Part shown: positions 29,805 through 45,191 of the stretch, in pieces
Layout: each line of letters opens with the position of its first letter
How positions within the stretch are numbered: the first letter of the stretch is position 1
DNA from: Chrysomallon squamiferum
Lineage: Eukaryota > Animalia > Mollusca
Direction: 5' to 3'
Length of the DNA: 64,000 nt
Assembly: GCA_012295275.1 (NCBI GenBank)
Contig: CM022665.1
Span: forward strand, 24,304,001-24,368,000
The notes under the pieces: generated by a model
Databases searched by the model: none
The model's input: only the letters and a program-made list of their open reading frames with translations
What the model was told of the DNA's origin: nothing
Position numbers and translations under genes: made by a program

Positions 29805-29842
<38 letters not shown>

Positions 29843-31019
29843 GTATTACTGAAACTGTTAATTTAACAACAACAATGATATTATTTTAAAAACACACACT
29901 TCAGACTGTACTTTTAGATTTCATTCACTACTGTTTTCATCTCAATATAATCGATATTCAACTGAAGAGTTGAAATCTCTCATTACCAGTGATCCTCATT
30001 CAACAATTGTTGAAACTAAAGTTACATTACTCTGAAGACTGCAGCCTGCCAGAAAACACACAAACATGGAGGAACCTACATGAATCTCATTTCCAACAGG
30101 AAAACTCTTCAATTTCTAGCACCAGCTCAGCATTCCTCCACATTTCCTGTTTCCCTCTTTAAGTAATGGAATCAAGCTTCAGTTAATGTTTGCTTTATAA
30201 TTTTCAACATCATCAAATGAAGTAATCAGAAACTTTTGTCATATTTCCATCAACATTCACAATTTCCTACAAGCATGTTAACTTGCAAGTGGAATGTCTT
30301 GGTCAGATTGCATGTAATTATTTTATAATTTACTCAGAAATTATTTCAGTTGTTGATTCTGTGGCGTTAGTGACAATTGTTTGTTGTGTTTTCATAAACT
30401 GGTTATCTGTAAGGTTACAGTCTTGTTGAGTCAATCTCTGTTATTTCACACAGGAATGTTTCACAACATTCATAATTACCATCACTCAAGTTAGAAAAAT
30501 CTGTTTCTATATATTCTCACATGTGTGAATAGAACACAGTTTTAAAGTACTCTATTAACAGTTTCACAGTAACAGATCTGAAAATAAGTGCAATTATAAA
30601 AAGAAAACCAAATAAAACAAAGACACTAAAGTCTTTATTGTGTACTGAATTCTAATGAGTTTTATTGTCTAACAAACTAACACATAATAACTTCCAATGT
30701 TATAATGCACTGAAGGGTCATTAAATATTCTTTTATTTATTCATTTGTTATCTTTCTATAATACAGTAAATAACATTTGTAAATTAGCCTTGCATTTATA
30801 CCTGCATTTATAGTTGAACTTTTTTTTTTTTTTTTTTTTTTTCTCATCAGGGTTTTGTAACTTGTATTTATACCATATATTTTTTTTGTTGTAATTGTTA
30901 TTATACCTACACACTCGTATATACCATTAAAGTTAGCAGTACACTGTTCTCTAACTGAAACAACATAAATACAAGCAACTGAATTTAAATAAAGCATCTG
31001 TGTTCAACAGAGGAAACAT

Positions 31020-31210
31020 GCTTCTGCCATTATATGAAAACTCTCCTCAATTTGTCTCAAAATATTACATGTGCCTTCCCATAAGAATAAAAGTACTTAT
31101 CAAGGCCTCTGATACAACTCTGTCTGGAATGGGAAATGGTACAGTGAGTGCATAATTAAAGATTTATTCTGAAACTTGTTATGCCTTGAACCAGAGCTCT
31201 CACCAATAAG
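31020..31210 (-). mobile_element. Decayed SINE-like repeat fragment
   Basis: Similar to 27315-27480 (ccttcccataag at 31074-31085). Confidence 0.45.
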
Positions 31211-31235
31211 TTTACATCACAATCAGCTCCCTGCA

Positions 31236-31269
<34 letters not shown>

Positions 31270-34200
31270 TCATTACACACTGAACTATAACTAATTAAAA
31301 CATGAAAGTAAAAATTTCTGTTATGCAAGAAGAAGCAAATTTTTTCAAAGTAATGACTGTCATAATTTTAAAAACTTGAAAACTTTGCAGCAATGAGGCA
31401 TACCCACTTATTACCTTGCAAAAGGAGAAATGAAAATGAAGCTTGAACTTGTGTACTTGAACTTGAACTTAAATTACCTGAGAATCATAAAGTTAAAAGA
31501 AGTGAGAAATTAATTCTAATATTCTTACAACTGTATTACAAATTGAACATACTTTAGTAGTTAAATGGAAAATATTATTTAATATATTCAAGATGGCATC
31601 CAGAATTGTTAGGCAGAAAGCAATGTATTTTTTTATTGAAAATCTTAGTTAGGCTATAAGCAAAAATATTTTATTTTAATTCAGTTTGGTATTTTCAGGC
31701 CATAAGCAAAAATATGTTTTCAGTGTGCTGTTCAACATTTTAGGCCACAAGATAAAACAAAGTATTCAAGATGGAGTCCAACACAGACCATACGAAAAAT
31801 ATATCAAAAAAACATGTATTTGAAAAAGTCTACAGCAGTATTCTTAGCTGTTAATGTAAGAATAATCAAAACATTAAGAAAAAAAACCCACCAAAAAACA
31901 AACAAAAACAAAAAAAATTGTTTTTTTTTTTATCTCACATTTTGTTTTATATATAAAGATAAATAGGAAACTTTTTAAAAGGTTGTTACATGGTATTTCA
32001 TGCTATAATCACCTGAAAAGTAATTTATGGACCAAGTGTGTAAAGTCGTTATAATATAATATGTTATTTATCACTGCTGAGCGGATAAACATATGTTTAA
32101 ACCACAGTATATATTTCTTAAGATAACTGATTAAGGATGCCATAACATTTGTTAAGAAAGCATAATGCCTGTTTACTTCATATTATTTATGTGTTTCTAT
32201 TAGACACAAGAAGTTATCAATTCTCTATGAATTCGATATCTTCCTGATTTTCTGATAGACATTTTCTTTTACTTTGTTTCAAAATGTAGAAAAAGAAAAC
32301 TGATGGAGCACTGTAAATTGTACTAAGACTTCTCACCTGCTTTACGATGAACAGGCTGTAGTTAAGATTTTTGAGTTCAGGGATGAAAAATGAAAGGTTG
32401 TAGGATCAATCCTCAGACATAGTTCTGTTGGGCTATTTTCTATTCTAGGCAATACTTTTTGTCTGTGGAAAGGTGGATGCAAAACATTCTTATTATTGTT
32501 ATTATTATTTTGTAACATGATACATACCTGCCCTATACACTCAACAATGTATTATATTTTATTCTATATTTTTTATCCTAAACCTGATATTTATTACCAC
32601 AGACATGATTACAGTAAACATCTGAATCACGTCATAAATATAAAACAACAAACTATCCATCTTAACAGTAATAATAATCTTCATTTCCAAGATACCAAAC
32701 AAACACTCAGTAATTAGCTACACTAAGTGGAGAATTGGAAAGGATTATCTCCCCTTAGAACTGTCAGGATAACTCTTGACAGATCTCAGCTTCTTAAACA
32801 AGCTCAGCTGATTGGCTGATGAAGCAGTTGATGTCTTGGTGATAGGATCAGTCTAAGTCCACTGAAAGCATGCAGAAATGTTGAATAGTTTTTACATGTT
32901 TTTAGCCTATGTGTATTTTCACATTCTGAGTTCGTATGAACTCATGTTTACTATCTGCAGAACAGAGTGCACTTATAAATAAATTTCTGTAATACAGTAA
33001 GAATAAATAGAGAATGATGGGAAATATGTGGGTGTGTGTTTTTAAATTCAGTATAATGGAATGTGCCACTCAGTGCCTTTAATAGTCAGTTAAATGTCAA
33101 GCTGTTTCTGAAACTGAAGAATAATTTAAAAATAAATATAATCTTTATTAAAGCATTATTAATGTACTTTTGTGTGAATGTGTTTCTTTATATGTGACTG
33201 TGAGTGTGGATGTGTGTGTATGTGTATGTGTGTGTGTGTGTTTATGTTTGTGTATGTTTGTGAAATGCACCTCCATATTTATATTTCATTAAAGGAAAAA
33301 AAAAAAAAATGTTCAATTGATTTACTTGTAATAACATTTATTGTAAAAACCATAACATTAGCTTATTAGATTTGTTTCATTGTTTATTGTAAATAAAAAG
33401 GCCTATATATAATTTCCCTTCATACATTCCAATATACAATTTTTTTTGTAAATTTAAATTATTTTCTATTGTAATAATATTATTCTAAAACCTATGAGTA
33501 AGTTATGTGAGCTGTAATTTTACCAATTTTGTTATTCTGAAACATTTAAAGAATTAATAACAGACATAAACAAAACCAAAAATAATAATAATAAAATAAA
33601 AACATCCAAAGAATGTATAAACCCACCACAGAAACCTGTGAAAAATTAATGATAATTACTTCCTAACATATCTGTTATGACACAATAAATATAAACAACT
33701 TTCAATCATTATGACTTTTATTCATCAAAAGTTTTCCCAGTTTCTACCCCTTGGGAGACATTCTGTTTCCTGTGTAGTAAATTTATTATTTAAGCTTGTG
33801 TTAATATCAGCTTGGGAATGCTGGAAGATGCATACAAAATTCTGATAAAATCTTCAATGCTGTTCAAGTAAAGTCATAAACTTCAAGGTCTTTCTGTAAA
33901 ATCCATCTTACCTCACTTGCAGATTTCAAAAAAAAAATTCTGAGGAATATGCACTGTAGATTCTAAACTTCAAAGTTATATGAATGTGAACTTAAGTTAT
34001 TATTAAATTTGTTATTTTATCAACCAGATAAACATTAATCATAAAAATTATCAAAGAAAAATGTTTTTCTTTTGTTTTTTCCCCACTTCATTTTTCATTG
34101 GACCTTTTCTAAGGTTTTTCCTTCTCTTCTTTCATTTTTCTTTCTTTCATTTTTAAATCAGTATCTATCTTCTTAAAAAAGAATTAAAATAACTAAAGCA

Positions 34201-36664
34201 TAAGTCTCAAAATGTAATGATTAGTATAATTAAAAAGTGAATGTAGTAATAAATAAATATATAAATAAATAAATATCTAAATTTATATAGGCTAGAACGA
34301 GATACACACCAAAAAAGGTAACAAGGTAATAAATATAATATTTAAAAATCACCATGGTATGCAGTGGTCAGTTTAACAAAGGTTAGAAGCATGTTTATTT
34401 TGGCACTGACAGTCAGCTATGGAATTGACCTGATGTTCTGAGTGTTGATGAAACTGGAGTACTGCAGGGAGAGAGTCTACTGCCTATATCATTTACACAA
34501 CAAGCAGAAAGTCACACAGGAGATCTTGTTGTTATGGCACCGGGGTATGACATTTAAATGTTCCTGGTATTCTGAGGTCAACACCAAGATATTAATACTC
34601 ATCTTGTTTATATAGGGTAATAATCACTTTCAAACTGATTTTTAGATTTCACAGGAACCTTCTGTTCTTTTTTGAGATTGTTATCTTTAAACTTAAGGAT
34701 GAAAGATTTTTCAGCAATATGTTTGATTTCTGTATACTGGGCAGCACTCTCTTTCAAATCAGTTTTTCATGTTAAAATCAAAGGAAATTTTTATCTTTTA
34801 TTATGTAGATACTATAAAAATTAGGAAGGGAACACTTTTGATCAGATAATATTTTTAGTATTTGACTATATCAGTTTCTAAGAGATTTGTAAGATAATGT
34901 TTTCACCTAATGACAGCACAAAATCATAATGGTTTAAGTGAATTAAGCAAAACATACTTTAACATATATTCTATTTAGATTCTTTAAAGAATATTTTGAC
35001 TACCTTGAAGTCTATGTTATACTCAGATTTCAAAAATATTGTAAAGATTGATGCATTAGTAGAAAACACAATATGTTGTGTTTTTGCTGCTAATAAAAAA
35101 AGAAATATATACATGATCTTTAAACACACCATTGCTGGAGCCAATTTGCTTTCTTTTTTCTTTTCTTTTAATCCTTTTTCATTATTTATTTTTCCTTTAC
35201 TTTATCAGTATAATATAATATATAATTATGGCTTTGAGCAAAGAAACATTATCATGAGAAAACTACTAATGTTTATACAACATAGCCAAAACAAAATAAT
35301 ATATGTATATATGTATATATATCCTATTTACCAGACTTAGGCCTCCATACATGAATTATCTTTTAATAATGTTGAACATTGCTGGATATGTTACAAATTA
35401 CAAAATACATTTTGTCTCCATGACATATGTTTTTATTTAATACCAATGATTATGTTAATTTAATCAGACTCAGGGCATAGTGGTAGATGTCGTGCTCCCT
35501 GCTGTTCTGAACTCACGAATTGGCTGAGCCTCTCTGCACTGCAAGATATTTCTCATTTTCTTTTCATTACCAGCAGCTGATGGTATTCCTATTAAAGATC
35601 AACTCTCCTCTTTACCACTGGTAACCCTGTCAGCACCACACAGTCAGCACAGTTCTCATCTTATGTACATTAGGTGGAAAGCAGGCACACTTATGTGTTT
35701 CCTTTCACAGACAAATACAGATTCATCAACACAAAGGCACACACACACATTCATACACACACACAGAGAGAGAAACACATAAACACACATCTTTTAGTCA
35801 AATTCTTTTTTAACATCTTCAAATTCTTATCCTAATCTTTCTCTCTCTCTGTATTTCCTTCTCATTGTCTCAGTGTCAGTCTATTTCTTACTTCTGTCTT
35901 TTGTTTGCTGTAGTTTTTCTTTCTTGTATGTCTATCTCTATCTCTATAGATTTTTTTCTATTCTCTATATACTTTCCTTCACGCACTGTATCTCTCTTTC
36001 TCTTGCTTTCATTTGTATCTGACTCTGTCTAATGTTCTGTCATTTTCAGTCTCTCTTTTTTTTTTTCTCTTTCTCACCCTCAGTGATTTTCCCTTTCTTA
36101 TTCTTTCAGAATGTTGCTCTCTCTTTAGCTCTCTGTGCATCTATCTCAGCTCTCTGTTAATTCTTCAGCATGTTAAAATACAACAAAATTAATCAAAACT
36201 TGCTTTTAAGAATCAGCTCATCCAAATTGTAAAAATTCATATCATCTAACAAATATTTATGTCCAGTTTAGCTTTGCCCAGCCTTGACCTGCACATATTT
36301 ACCCTGAATGATTAAAAATGATGGATCACAAGAATCCAGAACTGGGCAGTGACCACGACTGCCTGATCTATATTAGATTTGTATATTGATAGGTAAATAA
36401 TTGATGAACACTGCTGAAAGCCCGATTTATTTGTTTTGAATAGATTGATATATGGTTCCTGCATGTTTGATGAACAGTGAGAAACTGCTGGGACGTAGTG
36501 GAGCAGAAAGGAGAAATAAGAAAATAAATACTACTAGCTGATTAGTTGCACAAGTCAGAGATGTATACCTGTTTACTGTTGATTACAAACACAGCAGAGG
36601 GTCTGACACGACATCCGTAACAGTCCACAGTCATGGATAATATATTATAGTAATGTCTTATGGT

Positions 36665-36930
36665 ACACTGCCTAAGACACAGTCCATAGTGTTGTAGAGC
36701 AGTCTACTCTGGTATGGTGGTTTAAACCATATTCCATAATGTATAATGGTCCACAGTTATATATAATGGTACAGTGATTAAAGCTGTAGTCCATAGTAAT
36801 ATACAGTATTATGGATGGTACAGTGGTACAAACTATAGTCCATACTGATGTCAGAACATACAGAGATGCATAATCTTCCATAGTAATTTAGTGGTTTAGC
36901 TATGATCTATAGTGATATATAATGATTCAT
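36665..36930. repeat. Decayed minisatellite
   Basis: Recurring agtccatagt...tggtacagtggt. Confidence 0.55.
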
Positions 36931-37629
36931 GCAGTAATGGCAACAAAAAGCTGCAGTCATACTGTAGTTTAGATATCATTTTCAAGTCTGGTTTTGTTTT
37001 GATAACTGTGATGTGCATCAGCTTGATGGTTCACTCATTATACTTAAGGTTCAGCATCTAATTAGTGTTTAAATATTTCATAGTACTAAATGTTTCACAG
37101 TATTAAATAAGAGTATGTAGCAGTGAAGAAATTGGTGTAAAACTGCTTGTAATATTATATAATATTTCTTAGTATTATATAACTGTTTATAGTGGCTGAG
37201 GTTACAGAAGGCTAACTTTTATTTAAAAGATGTGCATTAGTTTATTCCTTGTTTTCAGTTATCAAGTCATTGTTGTAAGTCTTTCTTGACAATGTGTCAG
37301 AAAGAATCTATATCTGATTTGTATAATTATATATTAATAATAAATAAAGACTTATTAAATTACATTCTGAGATGATTTTATTCACAGTGTTCCTTTATCT
37401 CATATTATACACCAATAATAAACATACACAGACTTAATTACATATATACAGACTCAAACAACCCACTCACCATATGTACATACATACATACATATATACA
37501 TAAATACATACATACCTGCACTTGTATACACACACACACAAATAGAAGATACAGAAGGCAGAGTCAAAGAGACAAACAGTTATAATTACATGTATAATAT
37601 GTACAGTTTTCTTTCTTTCTTTCTTGCAG

Positions 37630-37827
37630 GTAAATCATACACTATGATAGGCAGGGACCACTCAGCACAGACACTTGGTATTGTACCTTGTTCCATAGCC
37701 TGGCTGTTCCGTCTCATCAATGAACAGAAGGAAAAGACAGGGGCACGGTTCTCGGTTCGAGTCTCAGCTGTGGAAGTAACTGGCAAGCAAGAAATTCTGC
37801 GAGACTTGCTGGTTGATGTTGCTCAAA
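37630..37827 (+). CDS. KIF26: KIF26-like kinesin exon C ([50 protein letters not shown]...DVAQ)
   Basis: Polypyrimidine tract plus gcag ends at 37629 and donor gtgagt starts at 37828. The exon is 198 nt, phase 1-1. It completes the P-loop GHSKLGKS. Confidence 0.95.
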
Positions 37828-40114
37828 GTGAGTTAAATAGATTTGTTTTTCTTTTCTTTATATTCCTGTTATCAAATATTGGAGACTGCATGTGTCAAAT
37901 GTAATTTTTTTTTTCCCCCAGATAAATTGATTATCTGATAAAGGTTTGTTAGTAGGCTTAGCTGAAAATAGTAAATTAATTTATATAGATTTAATTGTCT
38001 GTCTTTAGAATTGAAATACCAGAGTTGAATGTAGTTTTTAATTTTATTTTTTTTCCTCATATGCTTGAGGTAAAATTGAAAATTTAATTGTTTGTGTATC
38101 ACAAAATGAAACTGAAATACTGCTGTGGGATATACAATATATTGATTTAATTTAAACTGCAGATAGATATTTTAAAATTTCAGAGATAGTATAATGTCAT
38201 GATAACTTCTTGTTTGTACATGTGTTAAATGTTTGCATTTGTGCTTTTCTCAGATCTTTTTATTAAATATTTTTAATAATTTCAAAGGCAAGAAAACTAA
38301 GCCAAAAATAGTCATAAACAGACTGCTAGGCTTTGTAAACAATTAGAAATGTTTTCAACTTGAAAATCAATTTAAAATATGGCCTAATAAAAACCTTTGA
38401 CAAAAAAAATTAATAAATAAATATAAAAAAAAAAAAAAAAAAAAAAATGTTCTGTATTAAAGACAGATGAGGTTTTTCCATTGGGTTTTTAACATTTGAC
38501 ATTGCTTGTTGATTTAAAGGCTCTTTTTGTTTAGTGTTTATTCATCCAAGCTTGTGCTGATGTCACATTTTTGACAATTGATATTCATTGTTCATAATCA
38601 AACAGTAATTTTTATCACATGGCAAAGACAGGACACCAAGAGACCATTGCCATTGTTGTTGTCACACACGAGTCCAGGGAATCAATGATAGTCTTGTGAA
38701 AACTCATCCAAGTCTCACCCTCCGAAACATGATAACATGGAAGATTTCATTTTGATCTTTTTTCCCTCCATGGAAGGAAAATAAAAAAAAGACTTCAACC
38801 TTCTTCAAACACACCTCACATTGTATTAAAAAAATAGAAGGAAAAAGGATTTAGAGAGACGAGCAGAAGAATGAAACCATCAAACATTGTGTTTAATTCA
38901 GTTCACAGTGTAACAATGGGAAGAAACCTTATTAAGTGAAGACAAACATCTCTGGCAGAGCTAAGTGAGTTCTTCACAGCATGCTCCATGTTATCCTAAC
39001 CACATTTATCCAATCAAATATCCGCTTTTCATAATCTCCACAAAAGGGATTTAATCTGAACCTCTCCACAGTGGCAGCCCAGAGCTGAGTAACACAGGAT
39101 TTTTAACTGGTGTTTGTTGCTTCCAAATTTCATCATTTCTCCCCTCAATTCGATATTATTTGATAACGGTGGAATTTCGATGCAAATTAGGTTTCTTCTC
39201 CTAGACCAGTGACGATGGCGGCATGCTGACACTGGACAACTGTATGAGTCACGACTAATTAATTGGAATTGAAAGTGTTCTTAATTAGCAAGTTCAGATT
39301 GTCTTCATTATATCTATTTGTATTATGGGCAAACGAGATGGTTTGTGGAGCGATTTCCACTGCTTTATTACGGTTCAGGCTTGATGGGCTTCACGTGAAG
39401 ATAATGGGATTGATTTGATGCACATGTCTGACATGATGTCACTGCCACTCACATGATGTGAACAATTTGAAACTCATCTCACACATTAAAGTCATCTTAG
39501 TGCTGCCTCGTACTGTACAAGACATTTTTTTCTTCTTGATTTTTTTCATTTCCTAAATAGTTATGTTGATTAGTGGAGCCGTCCTTCTTTCCCATTAACT
39601 CTAATTTAATAAATAATATTGCATAATCTGATATGAGAACTTGGCCTTAATGTGGCTATTACATTAATTCATAACACCTTTTTTTTCCCCCTCAAGCGTA
39701 ATGTTGTTAGAGATATGATTTTAGGAGATTTAATTAATTTACAAAGTTCCAGTAATTGAAAATATGTGTATGTGTTCAAACTAATTTTTTAACACATCCA
39801 TATCTATATGTGTACAAGTATTCAAAAGATCGTTTCTAATTTACTTGTTGCATTATTCCAGAAAACAAACTCAAACATTCTACAGAACCTGGCAAACACT
39901 TCCTAACAGTTGTGCACAAGTATAACATATTACCATTCACTGTCAAAATATGCTGTTGTATAATTTGACAGTGACAAGTGACTTCATGCCTACCATCCAC
40001 CCACCAGCATATTACAGACTTATGCAATGTCCACCTCCACATCATGGACTTACAAAATGCACTTTTTATAAAGAAAGCTTTCTCTCTGTTTCTCTGTCTT
40101 TCTTTCTTTCCCTT

Positions 40115-40118
<4 letters not shown>

Positions 40119-40194
<76 letters not shown>

Positions 40195-40196
40195 TC
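40119..40196. repeat. (CT)n microsatellite
   Basis: Direct reading. Confidence 0.97.
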
Positions 40197-41377
40197 TACC
40201 TACCTACTATTTTTGTCAACTGCTTGGGGAAATGATTCAATTAAGAATCACTTGGAATTGTCATGTACTGAATTGTACAGTAAGAAAAGTAATTCACGAA
40301 TCGATTAAGTCTCTCCCTCTCGCTGCCTTTTTCTCTCGTACTGAAGGAGAGTTACAGAGTCCCCAAACTGCATCTTTAATTTGATTTAGTCTGCATGCCA
40401 TCACTGTTAGAAATTGTCTTTGATAGCCAAGCAAATTGTTTTCTTACAGAATTTAGATTCAGCTCACCTCTCATTTAATGAAGAAAGAGGCAAAAAAAAA
40501 AGAAAAAAATGTTAGAAATGACTTAGAAATTTAGTGGGTTTTTTCTTTGGTGTTTAATGGAAACAGACTTGTTGGACATGCAGATTTAATTGTCATAGAG
40601 ATGATAAGCAATTAGGATGTGTGCTGCAAATGTCGGTGCTAATTAAGAATTTAAAAAAATGGAAAAAGCTAAAATGAATTGAGTGGATATGGTGTTTTTT
40701 GGTTAGTGAATTAGTTTAGAATTATGCAATGGATTACGGATTTAATTTCCATTTCAGTGTGAGTAAGGCAAAATGCTTCAGATTTACAGCTGATATCTGA
40801 GTCACAGTATTTTTTGTATTTATACAGAAAATAACAACACTTAAAACTGAATGTTAATGTATTAGTCCAGCAATTGGCATATTCATCAACACATATATCC
40901 ATATTGGTTTCTCTTTTATAACATTAATGAGCTGTATTTGGATAAAGTGAAAACAGATAAATTTTCATATATGTATATATATTTATATGTATTCTGACTT
41001 GTGAAAAAAAATCACATTTTAATAACACTAGTTAACCTGTTTATTGATAACAGGGATTCTAATAACACTGTTTAGATTTAACATTATGTAGATTCATGCT
41101 TAAATTCAAACTTCAAACAATTCAAGTTTGTCATTAAAATTTGCGTTCTTGGTTATCTTCAATTCCAAAAATAATGGATCCATTTCACAGCCTCATCTTT
41201 TATTTATATAGATATTTCACCTATTGCATGATCAGTTTTTCTTTTGAATACATGAATACACACTTATCAGCATTTCAAATACTTTTTTCTTCTTTTACTG
41301 TAAATTCATTGGAATCATTCATAGTCAATTGCTTGTTTCCCAAAGCTGCTATCTGAGCCAGATTAGAGATGGTAAGC

Positions 41378-41715
41378 CTATAAATGGCTTATGGTCTCAG
41401 TACATTGTCAAGCATGTAAATGGTTTGTGGTCTTAGAATACTGACAGCCGTTATGGCCAACTGTGGAAATGGTTTGTCGTCAGTGTGTGTGTAAATGGTT
41501 TGTAGTCTCAGTACATTGACAATCATCATGCCAAAGATTGAATGGTTTGTGGACTAAGAATACTGACAGTCATTATTGTCAAGCACATGAATGGTTTGTG
41601 GTTTACAAATACTGACAGCCATCATGGCCAAACATGTAAATGGTTGGTGGTCTTAGAATACTGATACCATCTTGTCCAAGTGTGGAAATGATTCCTGGTC
41701 TGAGTATACTGACAG
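41378..41715. repeat. Minisatellite, about 7-8 copies of a roughly 48-bp unit
   Basis: Consensus aaatggtttgtggtcttagaatactgacagccatcatggccaa recurs near 41418, 41494, 41541, 41590, 41638 and 41686. Confidence 0.85.
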
Positions 41716-44099
41716 GAGTCACTGCTAACATGTCTAGAGACCCTAACACTTCTTCTCCTTCTAGAGACAGACAAGTGATCAATATGGCGTGACACTTTGA
41801 TAGTGTCTGTATGTGCTGGCCATCAAGAGTTCACAGTGTGAGTGGCAGGCTCTGTCAAAACTTGACACAATACTTCCACCACAAACCAATGGTGATTTCT
41901 GAATGACATAATCCTGAACACCATCATTTTGTCATTTTTGAGATGATTGGGTTAAGCTTGTATTGATGTTGTCATGGCTTAAGATGATAACATGCTTCTT
42001 GATTGTCCATCACTTGTAGCATTTCTTTTGGTTTTATTTATTTATTTATTTATTTTATTTTATTTATTAATTTTGCTGAAATATTATCATGCAAATCATT
42101 GTGATTATGGTGTATCATTTGAGGAGAGTTTTTTGTTGCTATTGTTGTTTTTGGATACAAAATATCAGGCCAGTAACAGACGTCAAGTCATGGCTGAAGA
42201 TAAAATAGAATATTTAAAATTTGTATTTGAGTATCTGTCATTTTATCATTAACTTCACAAGGTTATTTATAGAAGACAACTAATTTTTTTTTTTAAATAA
42301 CACAAATAAAAACAAAAACAAAAAAGGCCATAAGAGTAAAATAATTGATATTCTGGCATGACATAACTTCACATACAGAAGAAACAAACATGTATATGCA
42401 TACATATACATACACACATATACATTTATATATTGCTAACAATGCTGTGAAATAATATTGTTCATTGTGGTTTGCCAAGCTCTAATATATTACTTCCTAA
42501 ATTTCCATTCATTTATCTTGTGTTGTTGTGTAACTGTATGTACTGGCAGCTTGGCAAATTCTGACAAGTGTATTAATAACACATTAATTGGATGGTGTGG
42601 CATAGTTGTGTTCTCTGTCACTTACTGGTCTTGTAAAGGTGATTAGTGTGAACAAAATGCCAACATGGAGACTCTTTTCAACAATAGCTTAATTAACTCA
42701 TAATTAACTTCCATTGTGTTTTTTGGCATAAGCAGTGCAATTATGGGAAAGAGAAAAACAGAAAAAGTGTGTATAAATATGAAAATAATCATCTGTATGT
42801 TGTTTATGTGTAGAGTTTTAGTTGTTTTCATGTTCTTTTTTGGGGGAGAGTGCAGAGGCAAAAAATATATATAGTTTTGTATTTTTAAAGGTAAATTAAA
42901 CTATTTTTTTTTTTTTAATTTTAAACTTTTTTAATACTTTTTAATTAGTGGTTTGTTTTGAATTTGAAAGAGAAGGAAAATGTTTGTTTTAGTAATTCAA
43001 ATAAAATTAAATTATGTTTAACTGGGGTTTTTTTTATTGCTATTTTAAAATTTATTTTATTATACATATACTTATTTATTTATTTATTTATCTATTTTAT
43101 TTTTATTTCCTTTTTTACAAAAATATTATTTTACTTTTTTTGTTTTTTGAATATGTTCATTTCTGTTAATACATGTCAAAATTATTTTCAACAAATATTT
43201 CTTTTCTTTTTTACACTTAACACAAGTGAATGTTATATAAATTTTAAAAATTCAACAATATTTACAACAAATTAAAAAATAATTCATTTTCAAATTTAAA
43301 CAGGAAAAGATTAATATTTTCTTTCTCACTTTTTCTTATTTCTTTTCGTTTTCATTTTCATTTAACAATACAAAGACATTTTTAAAAACAACCACAAAAA
43401 TGGAATTTGTGAAATAGTTGAGTGTCATGTTTTGCATATCCCAAATACAGATCTCTTTTTTTTTTTTTTAAACTTGCACACAGATTTATTGTTCTTACTG
43501 ACAGCTTGTTACTTAAAGAACTTAGTCAAATGTTGTTGCTGGTTTTTTTATAGACACTGGCATGTATTTGGTTTACACTAGGAATCTGTTAGTATGAGGT
43601 TTAACTCTTTTTTTTTTTTTCTTTACACTAAATCTTCTTTTATTTAAGTATCATTACCTGTGCAGTTTAAAGTATTTTGAATTACTCTGTAGAACTTTTT
43701 CTTTCTACCTGTTGAAAATCTGTAGGTTTCTTCATGTATTTTTATACATACATACATACATAAATACATATATATATATATATATCTACCCAGTGTTTAA
43801 TTTTAATTCAGTCCAGTTTAACTTGAATTACTCCATAGAACCATTTCTTTCTAGCTTTTGGAAATCTGTAGGTTTGATTCAGGTTATGATTATAAAGATG
43901 TGTATTGTGTGTACATAGATATATGTATGTGCGTGTTTGTGGTGGGTGTACATATATACAGAGTAAAACGTATGCCTATCAGGACTTATTTTTAATTCAG
44001 TCCACATTAAAAATGAAGTAGTATTAATATTACAGCTTCAAATACAGTATTTCAGGGCCTATTACTTGTTTTTAAATGTTTTAAGAATGGATTATTATT

Positions 44100-44220
44100 C
44101 ACAGAAGTCCTGTTTTAAGTGTAGCCCATCACATTATGGCAGTGGTTTTCCTCTGTTATTATCTGCATGGTCCTTTGTACACAGTGTCATATAAATATTC
44201 TTGTATCCATTCATTAGAAT
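44100..44220 (+). mobile_element. Decayed SINE-like repeat fragment
   Basis: Similar to the reverse complement of 24531-24565. Confidence 0.5.
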
Positions 44221-45191
44221 TTATTGAGGTTTTCAATCATTGTTTTATTCAAAAAGGATTTTTAAGCCGTAAACCTGTTACAGTTAAAAGGACATGTTAA
44301 AAGTTTTGTTTTATATGTTATAATCCAAGACTGAGCTTGTATTCTTGATAAAGGCACACTGAAATAGAAACTTAAAGGACATGTAAGCATCTATAATTTT
44401 ATCTGAGGTGTATATCTGTAATATTAACTGTTTCAGATATATCTGTAACATCATCTTGATCTTATCTTCTAAACTTGCACAATGGCCAACAACCCATGGC
44501 TTAATTTATGTTACCTATAATATTACAACAGCCATAGTATGTTATGAGTATATTTTTATGTGACCATTATCAGAGCAGTATGTCAGTATGTTACCTGTAC
44601 ATGTCAAGTGTGATGTTATCTAACCAGTGATATATGTAATTATATTAATATACATGTGTTATATCACACCAAGTGTGGAGTTAACAGTTTGATTTATATA
44701 ACTCTCACTAGTTGTGTCATGGTATACCAGTATTAATGTGTACAAGCATGCAAGCAGTCATATGTGATTGTACTGGATGTATTTTGTCTGTAGCTGTAAT
44801 AAGGTTTGTTATGTGAAGAATTTTTTGTTTTTGTACAGGGAGAGATAAATGTTGTGCATGTTTATGTAGAAACATGTAAATACACACATGTACATACATA
44901 CATACATATATAATACATAGACATACACACACACATACAAACACATGCATGCTTACATAGTCACAAACATTAATATACAAATGTGTGTGTGTGTATGTGT
45001 TTACATGCAAACACACATTACATACATTCTACATACACACACACATACATACATTTTTAAATTTGTTTTAAACATTAATTTTGTGTAATTATGAATTCAA
45101 TTTTTGACTTAAACCACTGCCTTGGCTTTCAGTTCTTGTTGTTTTAAAATATTCATTAACATCTGTTAATATTTTAATTTCTGTTTTTCAG

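Noticed and set aside
41378-41715. Regularly spaced repeat, superficially CRISPR-like
   Set aside because: It lies in a eukaryotic intron, the whole unit is repeated and degenerate, and there are no unique spacers or cas genes.
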